The notes under the pieces: generated by a model
The model's database searches: none
Told to the model about the DNA's origin: nothing
What the model saw: the letters and a program-made list of their open reading frames with translations, nothing else
Translations under genes and position numbers: made by a program
In this document: piece after piece, positions 10,381 to 20,636 of the stretch
Layout of the letters: the number at the start of each line of letters is the position of its first letter
How positions within the stretch are numbered: position 1 is the stretch's first letter
Virus record (IMG/VR): IMGVR_UViG_3300044716_000883
Span: 115,382-179,381 of that record
Source of the DNA: a virus
Direction: 5' to 3' (one strand)
Length of the DNA stretch: 64,000 nucleotides

Positions 10381-11646
10381 ATGCCATCATCATCAGGATT
10401 TAGAAATACAGCTAAAGATTCATTAGTATATGCAATGGATACTTACGATACTGGTAACTGTGTCACTCCATTAGGATGTGGAGGATTTAATAACAGTACC
10501 CAAGGTATTAAAAACATATTAACAGGAGTTACAGCATTATTTCAAAATGGATTAAAAATATCAAATAGAACCTTCTACACCGCTTTTGGAATATCATACC
10601 CTGAAGGATCTTATGGTGGTGATGCTGCTAATAGAAACGGACTAACAGAAGGATTTAATGTACGAAGTGGTGGAAAAACATACGATGCCTCACGTTCACT
10701 TCATATGTGGGTTTGGAATAATGATACCAATGCTTGGGTTCCTGATTCATATTTTAGAGGATTAAGATTGAATGGTCATTGTTATGATAACTACGGAGGT
10801 TATGGAGAATGGCAAAATGAATTAAATTATTTTAATGGTGATTATAATATTATAAAAAATGCATTTCCAAATTGTACTTTTATAATAGTTGGATCTCATG
10901 CTTGTTCAAATTTTGATTCTACTACTATTGCAAATTTAACAAGCTTAGGAGCACCAAATTCTACAATTAGTGGATGGACAAATAATGCTGAATGGCGCGA
11001 ATTTGTTCTTGTAGGCAAACCAGGATTAGGAAGTGGAAATGCATATGGGTGGGCGTATGAAAACTATTCTACCAACCCAGGCCAAGTAGCACATATGAAT
11101 TTAAGTGTAAATCCAAAATCATTAGGTATTATATCTTTTGATGGTACTGATGATTATTTTGATCTACCTACATCATCAATACCTACAGGCTACTTAATAA
11201 CAATTGAATTAGTAACTAAAGGAATTAATTCATACCCAAATTCTTCTATAATAGCAGGTGGAACAGGAGGAAATCAGGATTTAAACATTCATTTACCTTG
11301 GGGTGATGGAAATTTATATTGGGATGTTGGTAGACCTTTTAATAGAATTTATAAAGCAGTATCAGCTTCAGAACTTACTGGAGTTCATCATTGGGTATTT
11401 ACTAAAAATGCCTCAACCGGTATCATGAATATTTATTTAGATGGAAGCTTATGGCATACTGGGGGTGGACAAACATCAACTATTCCAGCAATGGGTGTAG
11501 TAAATTTAGGAAGATATAATATTGGTAACGGTGGATTATATTATTATAATGCATCTTTATCTGTATTAAATATATATAATAAGGATTTATCACCTTCAGA
11601 AATTCTTAGAAACTATAATAGTTATAAAAGACGAAACTTAGTATAA
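10381..11646 (+). CDS. Virion protein with an ILEI/PANDER-like domain and a LamG domain
   Basis: ...TFIIVGSHAC...IANLTSLGA...WREFVLVGKPG resembles ILEI; FDGTDDY...HHWVFTK...IYLDG is LamG-like. Confidence 0.6.
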   Translation: MPSSSGFRNTAKDSLVYAMDTYDTGNCVTPLGCGGFNNSTQGIKNILTGVTALFQNGLKISNRTFYTAFGISYPEGSYGGDAANRNGLTEGFNVRSGGKTYDASRSLHMWVWNNDTNAWVPDSYFRGLRLNGHCYDNYGGYGEWQNELNYFNGDYNIIKNAFPNCTFIIVGSHACSNFDSTTIANLTSLGAPNSTISGWTNNAEWREFVLVGKPGLGSGNAYGWAYENYSTNPGQVAHMNLSVNPKSLGIISFDGTDDYFDLPTSSIPTGYLITIELVTKGINSYPNSSIIAGGTGGNQDLNIHLPWGDGNLYWDVGRPFNRIYKAVSASELTGVHHWVFTKNASTGIMNIYLDGSLWHTGGGQTSTIPAMGVVNLGRYNIGNGGLYYYNASLSVLNIYNKDLSPSEILRNYNSYKRRNLV

Positions 11647-13391
11647 TGGCAATAGAACAAGGATATAGTAAAATAGTAACACAAGGACTAAAATTCTCCT
11701 ACGACACAGGTGATACTAGAAACTCATATACAGGACGCCCAACAGCCAATATATCAGCTGGTATTGGTATGAGTACATATAATAACGTTCCTGGTAGTGT
11801 ATCATCTACTTTAACCGGTACTGGAACCTATTATAGAGGTGCTGAAATAATAAGACAAGACCTAACAGCATTAGATGGAAGTGGAGCTAGTTGGTTAAGT
11901 GGAGGTAACAACCCAGGAATTGGTGTTGTAACTGGTGGTGGTGGGGGTATTGGAGGTAGATATACAGGACATAGTATATTTTTTAAACCAACAGTTCCAA
12001 CAACAAGTTGTCCTGTTTATACCCATTATTCAAATATTGGAGGTTGGCAGTCAACCTGTGACTACGATGATATGGGAGACGGGTGGTTTAGAGCAAGAGT
12101 AATTTGGTACGCTGGATCAACAGCATCAGATGGAAAATATTGGGCTATTAATCCTTTATCAACACCAACAGGCGCTACTGTAACAATATATTGGGCTGGA
12201 CCTTTTAAAGAAGATTTAAATGTAACTAACGTTTCCCAATATATTAATGGTACTAGATCATCAACACAAGGATTATTAGATGTAAGTGGAAAAGGAAATA
12301 CCATGAGTCTATCAGATGTGTCTTTTGATAGTAGTGCCTTTCCACAAATAACATTTGATGGAACTAATGATTATATTGATATTAGTTCCTTTGCTCCTGG
12401 TAGTAATTCTACAGGTACTATTTCTGCTATGGTATACCCACTACAAAACTCAGCAGATTCATATGTAATGGGAGTTGGTGGTAATACTACTTACGGCGCC
12501 AGTAGAGCTATTAGAGTAAATGGTGGTTATTGGTCTACTGTATCTTATGGTAGCGGTACTGAAGACTTTAATAGTATTGTTGCTGCTCCTTTAAATACAT
12601 GGCAACATGTAGCTTTTGTGTGGAATGGAACAACAGTTAATTTTTATCATAATGGAATATTATACACCACAACTAAAAGTGGAATGGTAAATTTTGCTGG
12701 GGATAAACTATCTATAGGAAGACCCCCATGGGGTCCTGGTTCTTATTGGCAAGGAAGGATAAATAATGCTCAAGTATATGATCGTGCCCTACCAGAAAGT
12801 GAAATATTACAAAATTATAATCATTACAGAACACGCTTTAATCTACCTGGTATAGTATACAATTACAATGAAAGTACTAGAGCCGACCTTTATACTGGTT
12901 ATTGGAATAATTCAACAACATACACAATGGCTGATTTTGGTGGAATGCCAAATGTAACAGCCCATGGTTGGTCTACAGGCCCAGCAACATATACTTTAAC
13001 TTTAGGTAGTTTACCAACACATACTAAGGTTAGATATAAAGTATACTGGCATTTAGTTGATTCATTAGATAATGAAACTAACCAACTATTTATAATGAAT
13101 TCATCTGGTACAGAAAGTGAAATATTAAGATTTACTAAACAGTACAACCTAGTACCCAACATTAGTGTAGCCGCATCTCCAGGTACATATACATGGTCCG
13201 GACCTAAAACATATACTTATAGGCCATGGGGTAGTGGTACCTATGGACAGGATGGATATATTATAGTAGACAGTGGGTGGGTTGATCACACAGCTTCATC
13301 ATTCACTGCTAGACATGTAATGGGAGCAGATCAAGGCCAATCAGACGAAGCAGAATATTTATCACACGTTGAAGTACAACTATTTGGTTAA
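11646..13391 (+). CDS. Virion protein with a LamG domain and additional beta-rich domains
   Basis: FDGTNDY...WQHVAFVWNGTTVNFYHNG...VYDRAL LamG motifs. Confidence 0.65.
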   Translation: MAIEQGYSKIVTQGLKFSYDTGDTRNSYTGRPTANISAGIGMSTYNNVPGSVSSTLTGTGTYYRGAEIIRQDLTALDGSGASWLSGGNNPGIGVVTGGGGGIGGRYTGHSIFFKPTVPTTSCPVYTHYSNIGGWQSTCDYDDMGDGWFRARVIWYAGSTASDGKYWAINPLSTPTGATVTIYWAGPFKEDLNVTNVSQYINGTRSSTQGLLDVSGKGNTMSLSDVSFDSSAFPQITFDGTNDYIDISSFAPGSNSTGTISAMVYPLQNSADSYVMGVGGNTTYGASRAIRVNGGYWSTVSYGSGTEDFNSIVAAPLNTWQHVAFVWNGTTVNFYHNGILYTTTKSGMVNFAGDKLSIGRPPWGPGSYWQGRINNAQVYDRALPESEILQNYNHYRTRFNLPGIVYNYNESTRADLYTGYWNNSTTYTMADFGGMPNVTAHGWSTGPATYTLTLGSLPTHTKVRYKVYWHLVDSLDNETNQLFIMNSSGTESEILRFTKQYNLVPNISVAASPGTYTWSGPKTYTYRPWGSGTYGQDGYIIVDSGWVDHTASSFTARHVMGADQGQSDEAEYLSHVEVQLFG

Positions 13392-13402
13392 TAAAAAATA
13401 AA

Positions 13403-13411
13403 ATATTTATA
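13403..13411 (+). promoter_or_regulatory. Candidate late-promoter motif ATATTTATA, with ATG 4 nt after ATATTTAT
   Basis: Intergenic copy of the recurrent motif. Confidence 0.45.
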
Positions 13412-13414
13412 CAT

Positions 13415-13756
13415 ATGGAAACACAATTCTCAAATCGCCGTTGGTTAGTAATACCAACAACAATAACAGGCTCGATTGAATTCAATCAAGTATTACAAGA
13501 TTCAACCGGATCTCTACGTTTAAGTGTAGACGGTACTCAAACATTCGTTAAATACGAAATAACAGAGGTAACAGAAAGTTACACATTATCTCATGTAGTA
13601 GCTGAAACTGGTGTTGAAACAACACATACTGTTGAAGCAGGCATTTATGGCCGCCCATCAATATACTCACCAGAATATCCTGAGTACAATCATGAAGAAA
13701 TATTAGCCCTACTATCAACCGAAGTATGGACTAAACCAATCGTTATAGACCCTTAA
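13415..13756 (+). CDS. Hypothetical protein of a type that often follows LamG virion genes
   Basis: 113 aa with LRLSVDGTQTFVKY. Confidence 0.6.
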   Translation: METQFSNRRWLVIPTTITGSIEFNQVLQDSTGSLRLSVDGTQTFVKYEITEVTESYTLSHVVAETGVETTHTVEAGIYGRPSIYSPEYPEYNHEEILALLSTEVWTKPIVIDP

Positions 13757-13764
13757 TATTTATA
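13756..13764 (+). promoter_or_regulatory. Candidate late-promoter motif; AATATTTATACGAAAC is identical to 45591..45606
   Basis: 16-bp identity between two intergenic regions. Confidence 0.55.
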
Positions 13765-13804
13765 CGAAACCCCCACCTTAGGGAAAGTGATCTAAGGACG
13801 TAAT

Positions 13805-15688
13805 ATGGCAAATGAATTTGTAGCCCGCAATGGCCTCATTGCACTTGATAATTCCACTATAAGTGGTTCTTTAAATGTAATTAATAATATTACTGGTTCT
13901 AACGCTTTGTTCACCGGTACTATTACGGCACAAACATTATTAGTCCAAGATATTACTTCCTCAAGAGACTTTGTAACTGGATCTACCAAATTTGGTACTG
14001 TCCCTGCAAATACCCATCAATTTACTGGTTCAGTAAGTATAAGTGGAAGCCTTGCTTTTCCAACAATAGCAATAGGTACAACAGAAACTAATATAGTTGT
14101 AGCTGATGCTAGTGGTAATCTTAGATTTAGATCAAATTTAAGTTTACAGGGGACCACAGGTGCAACAGGCGCTCAAGGAACTACAGGTGCCACTGGTGCA
14201 CAAGGTATACAAGGTACTATAGGTGCTCAAGGTGTTCAAGGTGTTCAAGGTGTTATGGGTGATACGGGCGCGCAAGGCGCTATAGGTACTGGTACACAAG
14301 GTGCTATAGGTGCTACTGGTGCACAAGGTACACAAGGTGCCATAGGTACAACTGGTGCACAAGGTGCTATAGGCACAACTGGTGCGCAAGGCGCTATAGG
14401 AGCAACAGGTGCTCAGGGTGTTCAAGGTGTACAAGGAACTACAGGCGCTACAGGTGCCCAAGGTACTATAGGTACAACTGGCGCTCAGGGTGCCACAGGT
14501 GCAACAGGCGCTCAGGGTGTTCAAGGTGTACAAGGTATTCAAGGTGTACAAGGTCTTCAAGGTATTCAAGGTACTATTGGTACTACAGGCGCTCAAGGAA
14601 CCACAGGCGCTATCGGTGCTCAAGGTGTTCAAGGTGTTCAAGGTACTATAGGTACAACCGGTGCTCAAGGAACAATCGGTACAACAGGTGCACAAGGAAC
14701 AATTGGTACAACCGGTGCACAAGGATCAACAGGTGCTACCGGTGCACAGGGGGCAACAGGCGCTACGGGTGCACAAGGCGCAACAGGCGCTACTGGTGCA
14801 CAAGGTACAATCGGTACAACGGGAGCACAAGGTACAACCGGTACAACAGGCGCTCAAGGAACCACGGGTACAACGGGAGCACAAGGTACTATTGGTACCA
14901 CAGGTGCTCAAGGTACTGTTGGTACTACAGGCGCTCAAGGAACTACAGGTGCAACAGGAGCAAGTGCAGGAATAACTTCATATACAAACGTAGCAGATAA
15001 TAGAGTAATAACATCCGTTAACTCATCTACTATCAATGCAGAAACAAATTTAACATTTGACGGATCTACTTTAACAGTATCTGGAAATACTGCAAATAAG
15101 GTATCTGTTGTAGGTTCAGGCAGTGCAGCAAACTATACTCTATTCTCAATAGATGGAGCAAACGGACGTCTATTTGAAGTAACAGATGACTTATCAGACT
15201 CATTATTTTCAGTAAATACAGTTGCCGGTTTACCTGTAATTGAAGCATTTGCAAATAGTACAGTTAGAATGGGTCAATTTGGTCAACAAGCATTATTTGT
15301 ATCAGCTACTTCAGTTGGTATGGGTAATGAAGCCCCAGCCTATAAACTTGACGTTACAGGTACTATTCGTGCCTCAGCAGACGTTATTGCATATTCAGAT
15401 GCTCGTGTCAAAACAGATGTTATTACAATTGAAAATGCACTTGATAAAGTAAAAGCATTACGTGGTGTAACATATATTCGTGTAGATACAGAAGATAAGT
15501 CTCGTAAAATGGGTGTAATTGCTCAAGAAACTGAAAAAGTATTACCTGAAGTAGTACAACAAGATGAGAAGGGTAGATATAGCGTTGCGTATGGTAACAT
15601 AGTTGGTGTATTAATTGAAGCAATAAAAGAACAACAATCACAGATTGATGAATTAAAAATATTAGTAAATCAATTATTAAATAAATAA
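13805..15688 (+). CDS. Collagen-like tail fibre with a C-terminal peptidase S74 intramolecular chaperone
   Basis: Long G-X-Y tract; SDARVKTD...[13 protein letters not shown]...GVIAQE.E..LPEVV...[16 protein letters not shown] is an S74-type signature. Confidence 0.85.
   Translation: MANEFVARNGLIALDNSTISGSLNVINNITGSNALFTGTITAQTLLVQDITSSRDFVTGSTKFGTVPANTHQFTGSVSISGSLAFPTIAIGTTETNIVVADASGNLRFRSNLSLQGTTGATGAQGTTGATGAQGIQGTIGAQGVQGVQGVMGDTGAQGAIGTGTQGAIGATGAQGTQGAIGTTGAQGAIGTTGAQGAIGATGAQGVQGVQGTTGATGAQGTIGTTGAQGATGATGAQGVQGVQGIQGVQGLQGIQGTIGTTGAQGTTGAIGAQGVQGVQGTIGTTGAQGTIGTTGAQGTIGTTGAQGSTGATGAQGATGATGAQGATGATGAQGTIGTTGAQGTTGTTGAQGTTGTTGAQGTIGTTGAQGTVGTTGAQGTTGATGASAGITSYTNVADNRVITSVNSSTINAETNLTFDGSTLTVSGNTANKVSVVGSGSAANYTLFSIDGANGRLFEVTDDLSDSLFSVNTVAGLPVIEAFANSTVRMGQFGQQALFVSATSVGMGNEAPAYKLDVTGTIRASADVIAYSDARVKTDVITIENALDKVKALRGVTYIRVDTEDKSRKMGVIAQETEKVLPEVVQQDEKGRYSVAYGNIVGVLIEAIKEQQSQIDELKILVNQLLNK
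14150..14965 (+). repeat. Collagen G-X-Y tract, 90 triplets plus one GT interruption, no proline
   Basis: 272 codons made of [15 protein letters not shown] triplets. Confidence 0.9.
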
Positions 15689-15691
15689 GTT

Positions 15692-16219
15692 ATGGGATTT
15701 ATAATCAAGCAACCCATTGAAACTAATCAAGGGTTGTTAACAGAAGCGTATGCTAGGATTGAAATGTATAGAGTAGATATGTTCTATGGTTTATTACATG
15801 CTACTGTAGCTATGTACCCTAGTAGACAGATTGCAAAAGATACTTTTCCTGTATATTTTGGAGAAATCAATACTCATCCTTCTCAAATTGTAGGAGTAAG
15901 TATAGTGTATAATGGAGAAGAAATAGAGTACCCAACCTATTTTGAGCTTCCTATGGTAGATCCTGTTGAAGTTGAAATACCTATACATGAGGATGTTGTT
16001 GGAAGTAAAACAAGTACATACTACGATTTTGATGATAATGGAGAAATTGTAGAAAAAACAAGAGAAGAAGAAACAAAATCAACAATCCAAACAGGAACAC
16101 AAAATATAACTAAACAAAAAATAAACATAAATAAAGAAAATGTTTATTCTTTTGCTTATGAAGAAGTTAAAAAAGAATTTGGTAAGATATTTGGTGAAGA
16201 AAATATAATAGACGAATAA
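15692..16219 (+). CDS. Hypothetical protein, possibly a fibre assembly factor
   Basis: 175-aa acidic ORF directly after the fibre. Confidence 0.55.
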   Translation: MGFIIKQPIETNQGLLTEAYARIEMYRVDMFYGLLHATVAMYPSRQIAKDTFPVYFGEINTHPSQIVGVSIVYNGEEIEYPTYFELPMVDPVEVEIPIHEDVVGSKTSTYYDFDDNGEIVEKTREEETKSTIQTGTQNITKQKININKENVYSFAYEEVKKEFGKIFGEENIIDE

Positions 16220-16710
16220 TGGGTATAAGTACACAAGGCTCTACTAACGTTTCTCTCAACACAGCTGCTACATATGTTGGGGCTTCGCCAAAGTCTATGC
16301 GTACTGTTGGAGGTAAAACTTTCCCTAGATATGATACCTCAAGTGCTTCTATGGATACAATGCTTAGAAGTACAAGTCTATTTCAGGTTATTGTTTATAG
16401 TAGTAATACATCACAAGGAACAGTAAGTATTACTTACCCATTCAGTGTAAGTGGAGATGGTGCTGGGTCTAATCACTTTGTAATCTCTAAAGTATATTCT
16501 TACATTACTATTGTAGCAACATCAATCTATCCTTATTACTTTAGACGTTGGGCTACAACATCCGGAGGTACATCTCCAATTTTAACAGGTGGTACAACAT
16601 CTGGTGATAACCAACCTTATGGCACTGCTGGTTCACCAATCGTTTATTCATATAACTTTAACGTTACAGATGCGGCTAGTTATACCACAATTTATGCAGT
16701 ATTTTCATAA
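16219..16710 (+). CDS. Hypothetical Ser/Thr-rich virion protein
   Basis: 163 aa, translationally coupled, composition like the fibre genes. Confidence 0.55.
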   Translation: MGISTQGSTNVSLNTAATYVGASPKSMRTVGGKTFPRYDTSSASMDTMLRSTSLFQVIVYSSNTSQGTVSITYPFSVSGDGAGSNHFVISKVYSYITIVATSIYPYYFRRWATTSGGTSPILTGGTTSGDNQPYGTAGSPIVYSYNFNVTDAASYTTIYAVFS

Positions 16711-16717
16711 TATTTAT
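16710..16717 (+). promoter_or_regulatory. Candidate promoter motif ATATTTAT upstream of the glycan island
   Basis: Intergenic copy of the recurrent motif. Confidence 0.4.
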
Positions 16718-16730
16718 TGCAAAATAAGTT

Positions 16731-17603
16731 ATGAATGTTGTATGGTGTGCTGAGCACATTCAATTTTATTCCAATCTCGAAAAAGCATTTTTGTATACTT
16801 CCATCCTAACATGGAAGCATTTTTATCCTCATCACACCACTAATTTATACTGTGATAGTCATAGTGAAGCTGTTATTAGAGATATGGGTATTATTGATCT
16901 GTGGGACAATATTAATACAGAAGTATTAAATAAAAAGCAATATACATTTAATGAAAATGCATTTTGGGCTTCATCAAAATTAAAGGTTATAAATGAACTT
17001 ACAGCTCCGTTTGTTGTAGTAGATTTAGATTTATTTATCAAACAAAAATTTATTCCTGAAGATTATTGGCGGCAAGATATTATTGGTAACTTTATGGAAA
17101 TAACTTCTCATCATTACCCAGAACCATATAAAATTAAAAAATACATGGATCTACCTGAATATGATTGGGATGATAAAGCTATTAATGTTGCATTTTTATA
17201 TATCAATAATGAAAAGTTAAGGGCGGAATATGCTCAAACTGCTCTAGAGTGGATGACTACTATGACAGAAAAAGGAGGCGATATTAACGGCCTTAATATG
17301 GTTTTTTGTGAACAAAAATTATTATGGCAATTAGTAAAACAACATAATCTAAACCATAAATTTTTATTTAATGAAACATTAGTATGTTGGAAAGATCAAT
17401 GGGTCGAAAATAATTTAGGTATATTCAATAACAAAAATCAATATAACTACGCTGTTCATTTTGGTCCTGGTAAAAGAACAACATTTGATAAAAGCAACCC
17501 ACATTGGGAATTGTGTACTCAAAATATATTAGAAACATTTTTTAAGTATTTTCCTCATTTAAGTATAAACGTATCAAATCTATTAGAAAAAGGCCATGTT
17601 TAA
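16731..17603 (+). CDS. Putative GT-A glycosyltransferase (DUF6734-like)
   Basis: FWASSKL...APFVVVDLDLF with a DxD motif; late H (HFG). Confidence 0.5.
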   Translation: MNVVWCAEHIQFYSNLEKAFLYTSILTWKHFYPHHTTNLYCDSHSEAVIRDMGIIDLWDNINTEVLNKKQYTFNENAFWASSKLKVINELTAPFVVVDLDLFIKQKFIPEDYWRQDIIGNFMEITSHHYPEPYKIKKYMDLPEYDWDDKAINVAFLYINNEKLRAEYAQTALEWMTTMTEKGGDINGLNMVFCEQKLLWQLVKQHNLNHKFLFNETLVCWKDQWVENNLGIFNNKNQYNYAVHFGPGKRTTFDKSNPHWELCTQNILETFFKYFPHLSINVSNLLEKGHV

Positions 17604-18318
17604 TAAAAAATATATAAAATCCCACTTAACCAATAATGCAACCACACCAGTACCTTACAGATGGACACATGGTGCTACTGATCTTCATTTAGGAGACGGA
17701 TTAATAGTTTACTCTATTATACAACACATGAGAGCCAAAAACTGTGTTTGTATTGGATCAGGAGGGGGATACATTCCTAGATTGATGACCCAAGCTAGAA
17801 GAGATCTATATGATCAAGGTATATTTGAAGGAAACAATGAATATAATTGGGGAGATATAGGAGCAACCTATGTAGTTGATGCTTGTAACGGAATAGGAGG
17901 ACCAACTGATTTAGAAAATGAACAATCTTTCTATAGAACTAATTTCTACCCTCGACTTATCAAATCAACCTCAGAAAAAGCATACTATGACTTTTTTGTA
18001 CTACAAGATATTAAAATAGATGTTTTATTTATTGATGGTGATCATTCATATGAAGGTGTTAAGTTAGATTTTGAATTATACTCTAAAATATTATCACCTA
18101 GAGGTATCATACTAATACATGACACTGATGGTGAGTATGAAGAATCATTAATTGTTTCAGAAGATGCTAAAAAAGATCATCATCGTTTTGATGGTCCTTC
18201 CCGTTTAGTTAAAGAACTTCAACAAAATCCTGAATGGAATTTGGTAAATTTATTTAATTTTCGTATATTGAGTGATAAACCATCATCAAGCGGTATAACT
18301 ATAGTTAATAGAAAATGA
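17596..18318 (+). CDS. Class I SAM methyltransferase (Methyltransf_24-like)
   Basis: CIGSGGG motif I; IDVLFIDGDHSYEGVKLDF...LSPRGIILIHDT. Confidence 0.8.
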   Translation: MFNKKYIKSHLTNNATTPVPYRWTHGATDLHLGDGLIVYSIIQHMRAKNCVCIGSGGGYIPRLMTQARRDLYDQGIFEGNNEYNWGDIGATYVVDACNGIGGPTDLENEQSFYRTNFYPRLIKSTSEKAYYDFFVLQDIKIDVLFIDGDHSYEGVKLDFELYSKILSPRGIILIHDTDGEYEESLIVSEDAKKDHHRFDGPSRLVKELQQNPEWNLVNLFNFRILSDKPSSSGITIVNRK

Positions 18319-19154
18319 TAAGATTAGTTACAGTAACAGGTTCTCGTACCAATACACTTTGGCATATGCTAAGTTATTATAAAGACTTAGTTGATGAAAT
18401 ATACGTTGTTGTATATGAATGGGAAGGATTTAGTACATACGATGATGTATTATCTATTACAAAACAATTCCCAAACGTTCGTATTGTAGATAGAGTAGTA
18501 GCAGAAAAATACAATTGGGAAACCGTTACTGCCTTATACAATAAAACAAAAATGCTACACCCTAATGATTGGTGGGTCGTTTCAGACGATGATGAATTTC
18601 ATGTATATTCAAAAGATTTAAGAGAAATTATAGCAGATTGTGATACAAATGGGTGGGATGTAGTACGGGGTGGGTTTATTGATAGAATAGGCAAAAACGG
18701 AACATTTCCTGAAATAACCAATGACGAAGATATATTTAAACAATTCCCTTTAGCTGGATTTTTTAGATACCCCTTAAGCGGTGCTTGTCCAAATAAAGTT
18801 TGTATATTGAAGGGTTATATAGAAATAACACCAGGACAACACTATGCAAAAATAGATGGACATACAACATGGAAATGGCAAGGATGGAATCATCCATTAA
18901 TTGCTCCTGTTCGTGGGTATAATGTTCAAGTTCATCATTTTAAATGGGATAATACATGTGTAGAAAGAATAAAAGCAGTAGCTAATATCAAACAATTATA
19001 CTCATATTCAGATGAATATAAAAAAATGTATCAGGCATTAAGAAGTAATAACTTTGAAATTGATATTACGGATAGTAGATTTATGATTGAAGAAGTTGGT
19101 ATTTGGGGATATAATCAATGGGACAAATTATTTAATATAATATTATCAATATGA
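18315..19154 (+). CDS. Glycosyltransferase family 2-like
   Basis: WWVVSDDDEF DxD motif; VHHFKW. Confidence 0.65.
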   Translation: MIRLVTVTGSRTNTLWHMLSYYKDLVDEIYVVVYEWEGFSTYDDVLSITKQFPNVRIVDRVVAEKYNWETVTALYNKTKMLHPNDWWVVSDDDEFHVYSKDLREIIADCDTNGWDVVRGGFIDRIGKNGTFPEITNDEDIFKQFPLAGFFRYPLSGACPNKVCILKGYIEITPGQHYAKIDGHTTWKWQGWNHPLIAPVRGYNVQVHHFKWDNTCVERIKAVANIKQLYSYSDEYKKMYQALRSNNFEIDITDSRFMIEEVGIWGYNQWDKLFNIILSI

Positions 19155-19348
19155 CACAAGAAGAAAAAGAAAAAGAACAATTAGTTCTTGAACAACGTAA
19201 AGTTAAAGCATTAGAAAAAATTGCCACTACGTTAGACGCACTTACATGTTGGTTTGAAGAAATTGACAAAGATGAGTGGAGTGATAGGATTCAATTCTAC
19301 CTATCAGAATTTCATGAAGCCTCTGTAAAGAAGGAAGATAGTGAATAA
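19151..19348 (+). CDS. Small acidic hypothetical protein
   Basis: 65 aa, overlapping and coupled to both neighbours. Confidence 0.55.
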   Translation: MTQEEKEKEQLVLEQRKVKALEKIATTLDALTCWFEEIDKDEWSDRIQFYLSEFHEASVKKEDSE

Positions 19349-20636
19349 ACTGGGTGTAATAGTACCTTATAGGAATAGATATGAACAATTAACTGCGTTC
19401 AAAGAATCTATTACAAAGTATCTTGAATCCAAAAACATAAACTTTGAATTAATTATAGTTGAGCAAGATAATGCTAAACTTTTTAATAGAGGTATGTTAC
19501 TTAACATTGGATTTAAGTATGCTAAGAAACTTAAATGCAATTATGTTGTACTCCATGATGTGGATATGCTACCAATTGGTGTAGACTATTCTTATTCAGA
19601 TACACCTATACACTTAGCTACCGATAATATTCCATTTGAATCCTATTTCGGTGGTATTACATTATTCCCATCAGAATTATTTGAAAAAATAAATGGATTT
19701 TCTAATTTATATTGGGGTTGGGGATTTGAAGATGATGATTTACGATATAGATGTATAAAAAATAATATCCCATTCCAGAATATTATAGCTGATACATTTA
19801 CAAACGAGAAACTACCCATTTTTAATGGGATTGATGCCTATGCAACTATACCAAACGTTATAAATTATAATAGAAATTTTAAAATAGAATTAGATATTAA
19901 TTTAGATAGAGTCATTTATAATGTAGAAACACAATTTGATGAGTTTCCTATACTAACCATAGAGGGATATGATTTTAAGCTTTTCTATAATTCTTTTAAT
20001 AGATTTTATCTACAACTTTTTGATAAAAAGGGTAACTATTATGATGCACATTCAGACATTGTAACAACATCAAATAATAAAATAAAAATAGAATATAATA
20101 AAACTGATAAAACAATTATTTTTATAGTAAATGGTGTTCAAAATATTATTCAACTTTCAAATTATATACATAATTACTCTAACATAGATAATATAATAAT
20201 TGGTTCGGATAACATAAAAGAAAACTTTTTTAAAGGAACTATAAATGAATTTTTATTGAAAGAAAATGATGATGTAAAAATACATTATAAAAACTATAAT
20301 ATCACTAAATATAAATTTACTGACATTTCAGATAATAAAACTGATGGTAAATTTTTTAAAGTTTATTTAGATTATTTTAAACCATTTGTAAATCACTATT
20401 CATATATACCATTTAGACGAAGTAGTAAACTTTTAAAATTGGAACATGAAGATTGTGGATTTAACAATGGTAGATGGCAGGATGATAACAGTAGGTGGAA
20501 TCAATTGAGATATAACAATGAAGTACAATTAGGACATCACGATGGTATTGATGATGGGTTAACTACTTGTGTAGATTATAAAGTGTATAGCAAAATAAAA
20601 GATAATAAAATAACTCATTTAAATGTAGGAATATGA
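19341..20636 (+). CDS. GT7 (beta-1,4-galactosyltransferase-like) with an internal LamG-like insertion
   Basis: VIVPYRNR, FNRGMLLNIG, HDVDMLP, YFGG, GFSNLYWGWGFEDDD; the GT7 tail (EH...DGL..V.Y) resumes after the insert. Confidence 0.8.
   Translation: MNKLGVIVPYRNRYEQLTAFKESITKYLESKNINFELIIVEQDNAKLFNRGMLLNIGFKYAKKLKCNYVVLHDVDMLPIGVDYSYSDTPIHLATDNIPFESYFGGITLFPSELFEKINGFSNLYWGWGFEDDDLRYRCIKNNIPFQNIIADTFTNEKLPIFNGIDAYATIPNVINYNRNFKIELDINLDRVIYNVETQFDEFPILTIEGYDFKLFYNSFNRFYLQLFDKKGNYYDAHSDIVTTSNNKIKIEYNKTDKTIIFIVNGVQNIIQLSNYIHNYSNIDNIIIGSDNIKENFFKGTINEFLLKENDDVKIHYKNYNITKYKFTDISDNKTDGKFFKVYLDYFKPFVNHYSYIPFRRSSKLLKLEHEDCGFNNGRWQDDNSRWNQLRYNNEVQLGHHDGIDDGLTTCVDYKVYSKIKDNKITHLNVGI

Noticed and set aside
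14144-14975. Cys/Thr-rich minus-strand ORFs (14144..14722, 14726..14938) and the alternate-frame ORF 14661..14975
   Set aside because: Shadows of the collagen repeat, which lacks stop codons in other frames.
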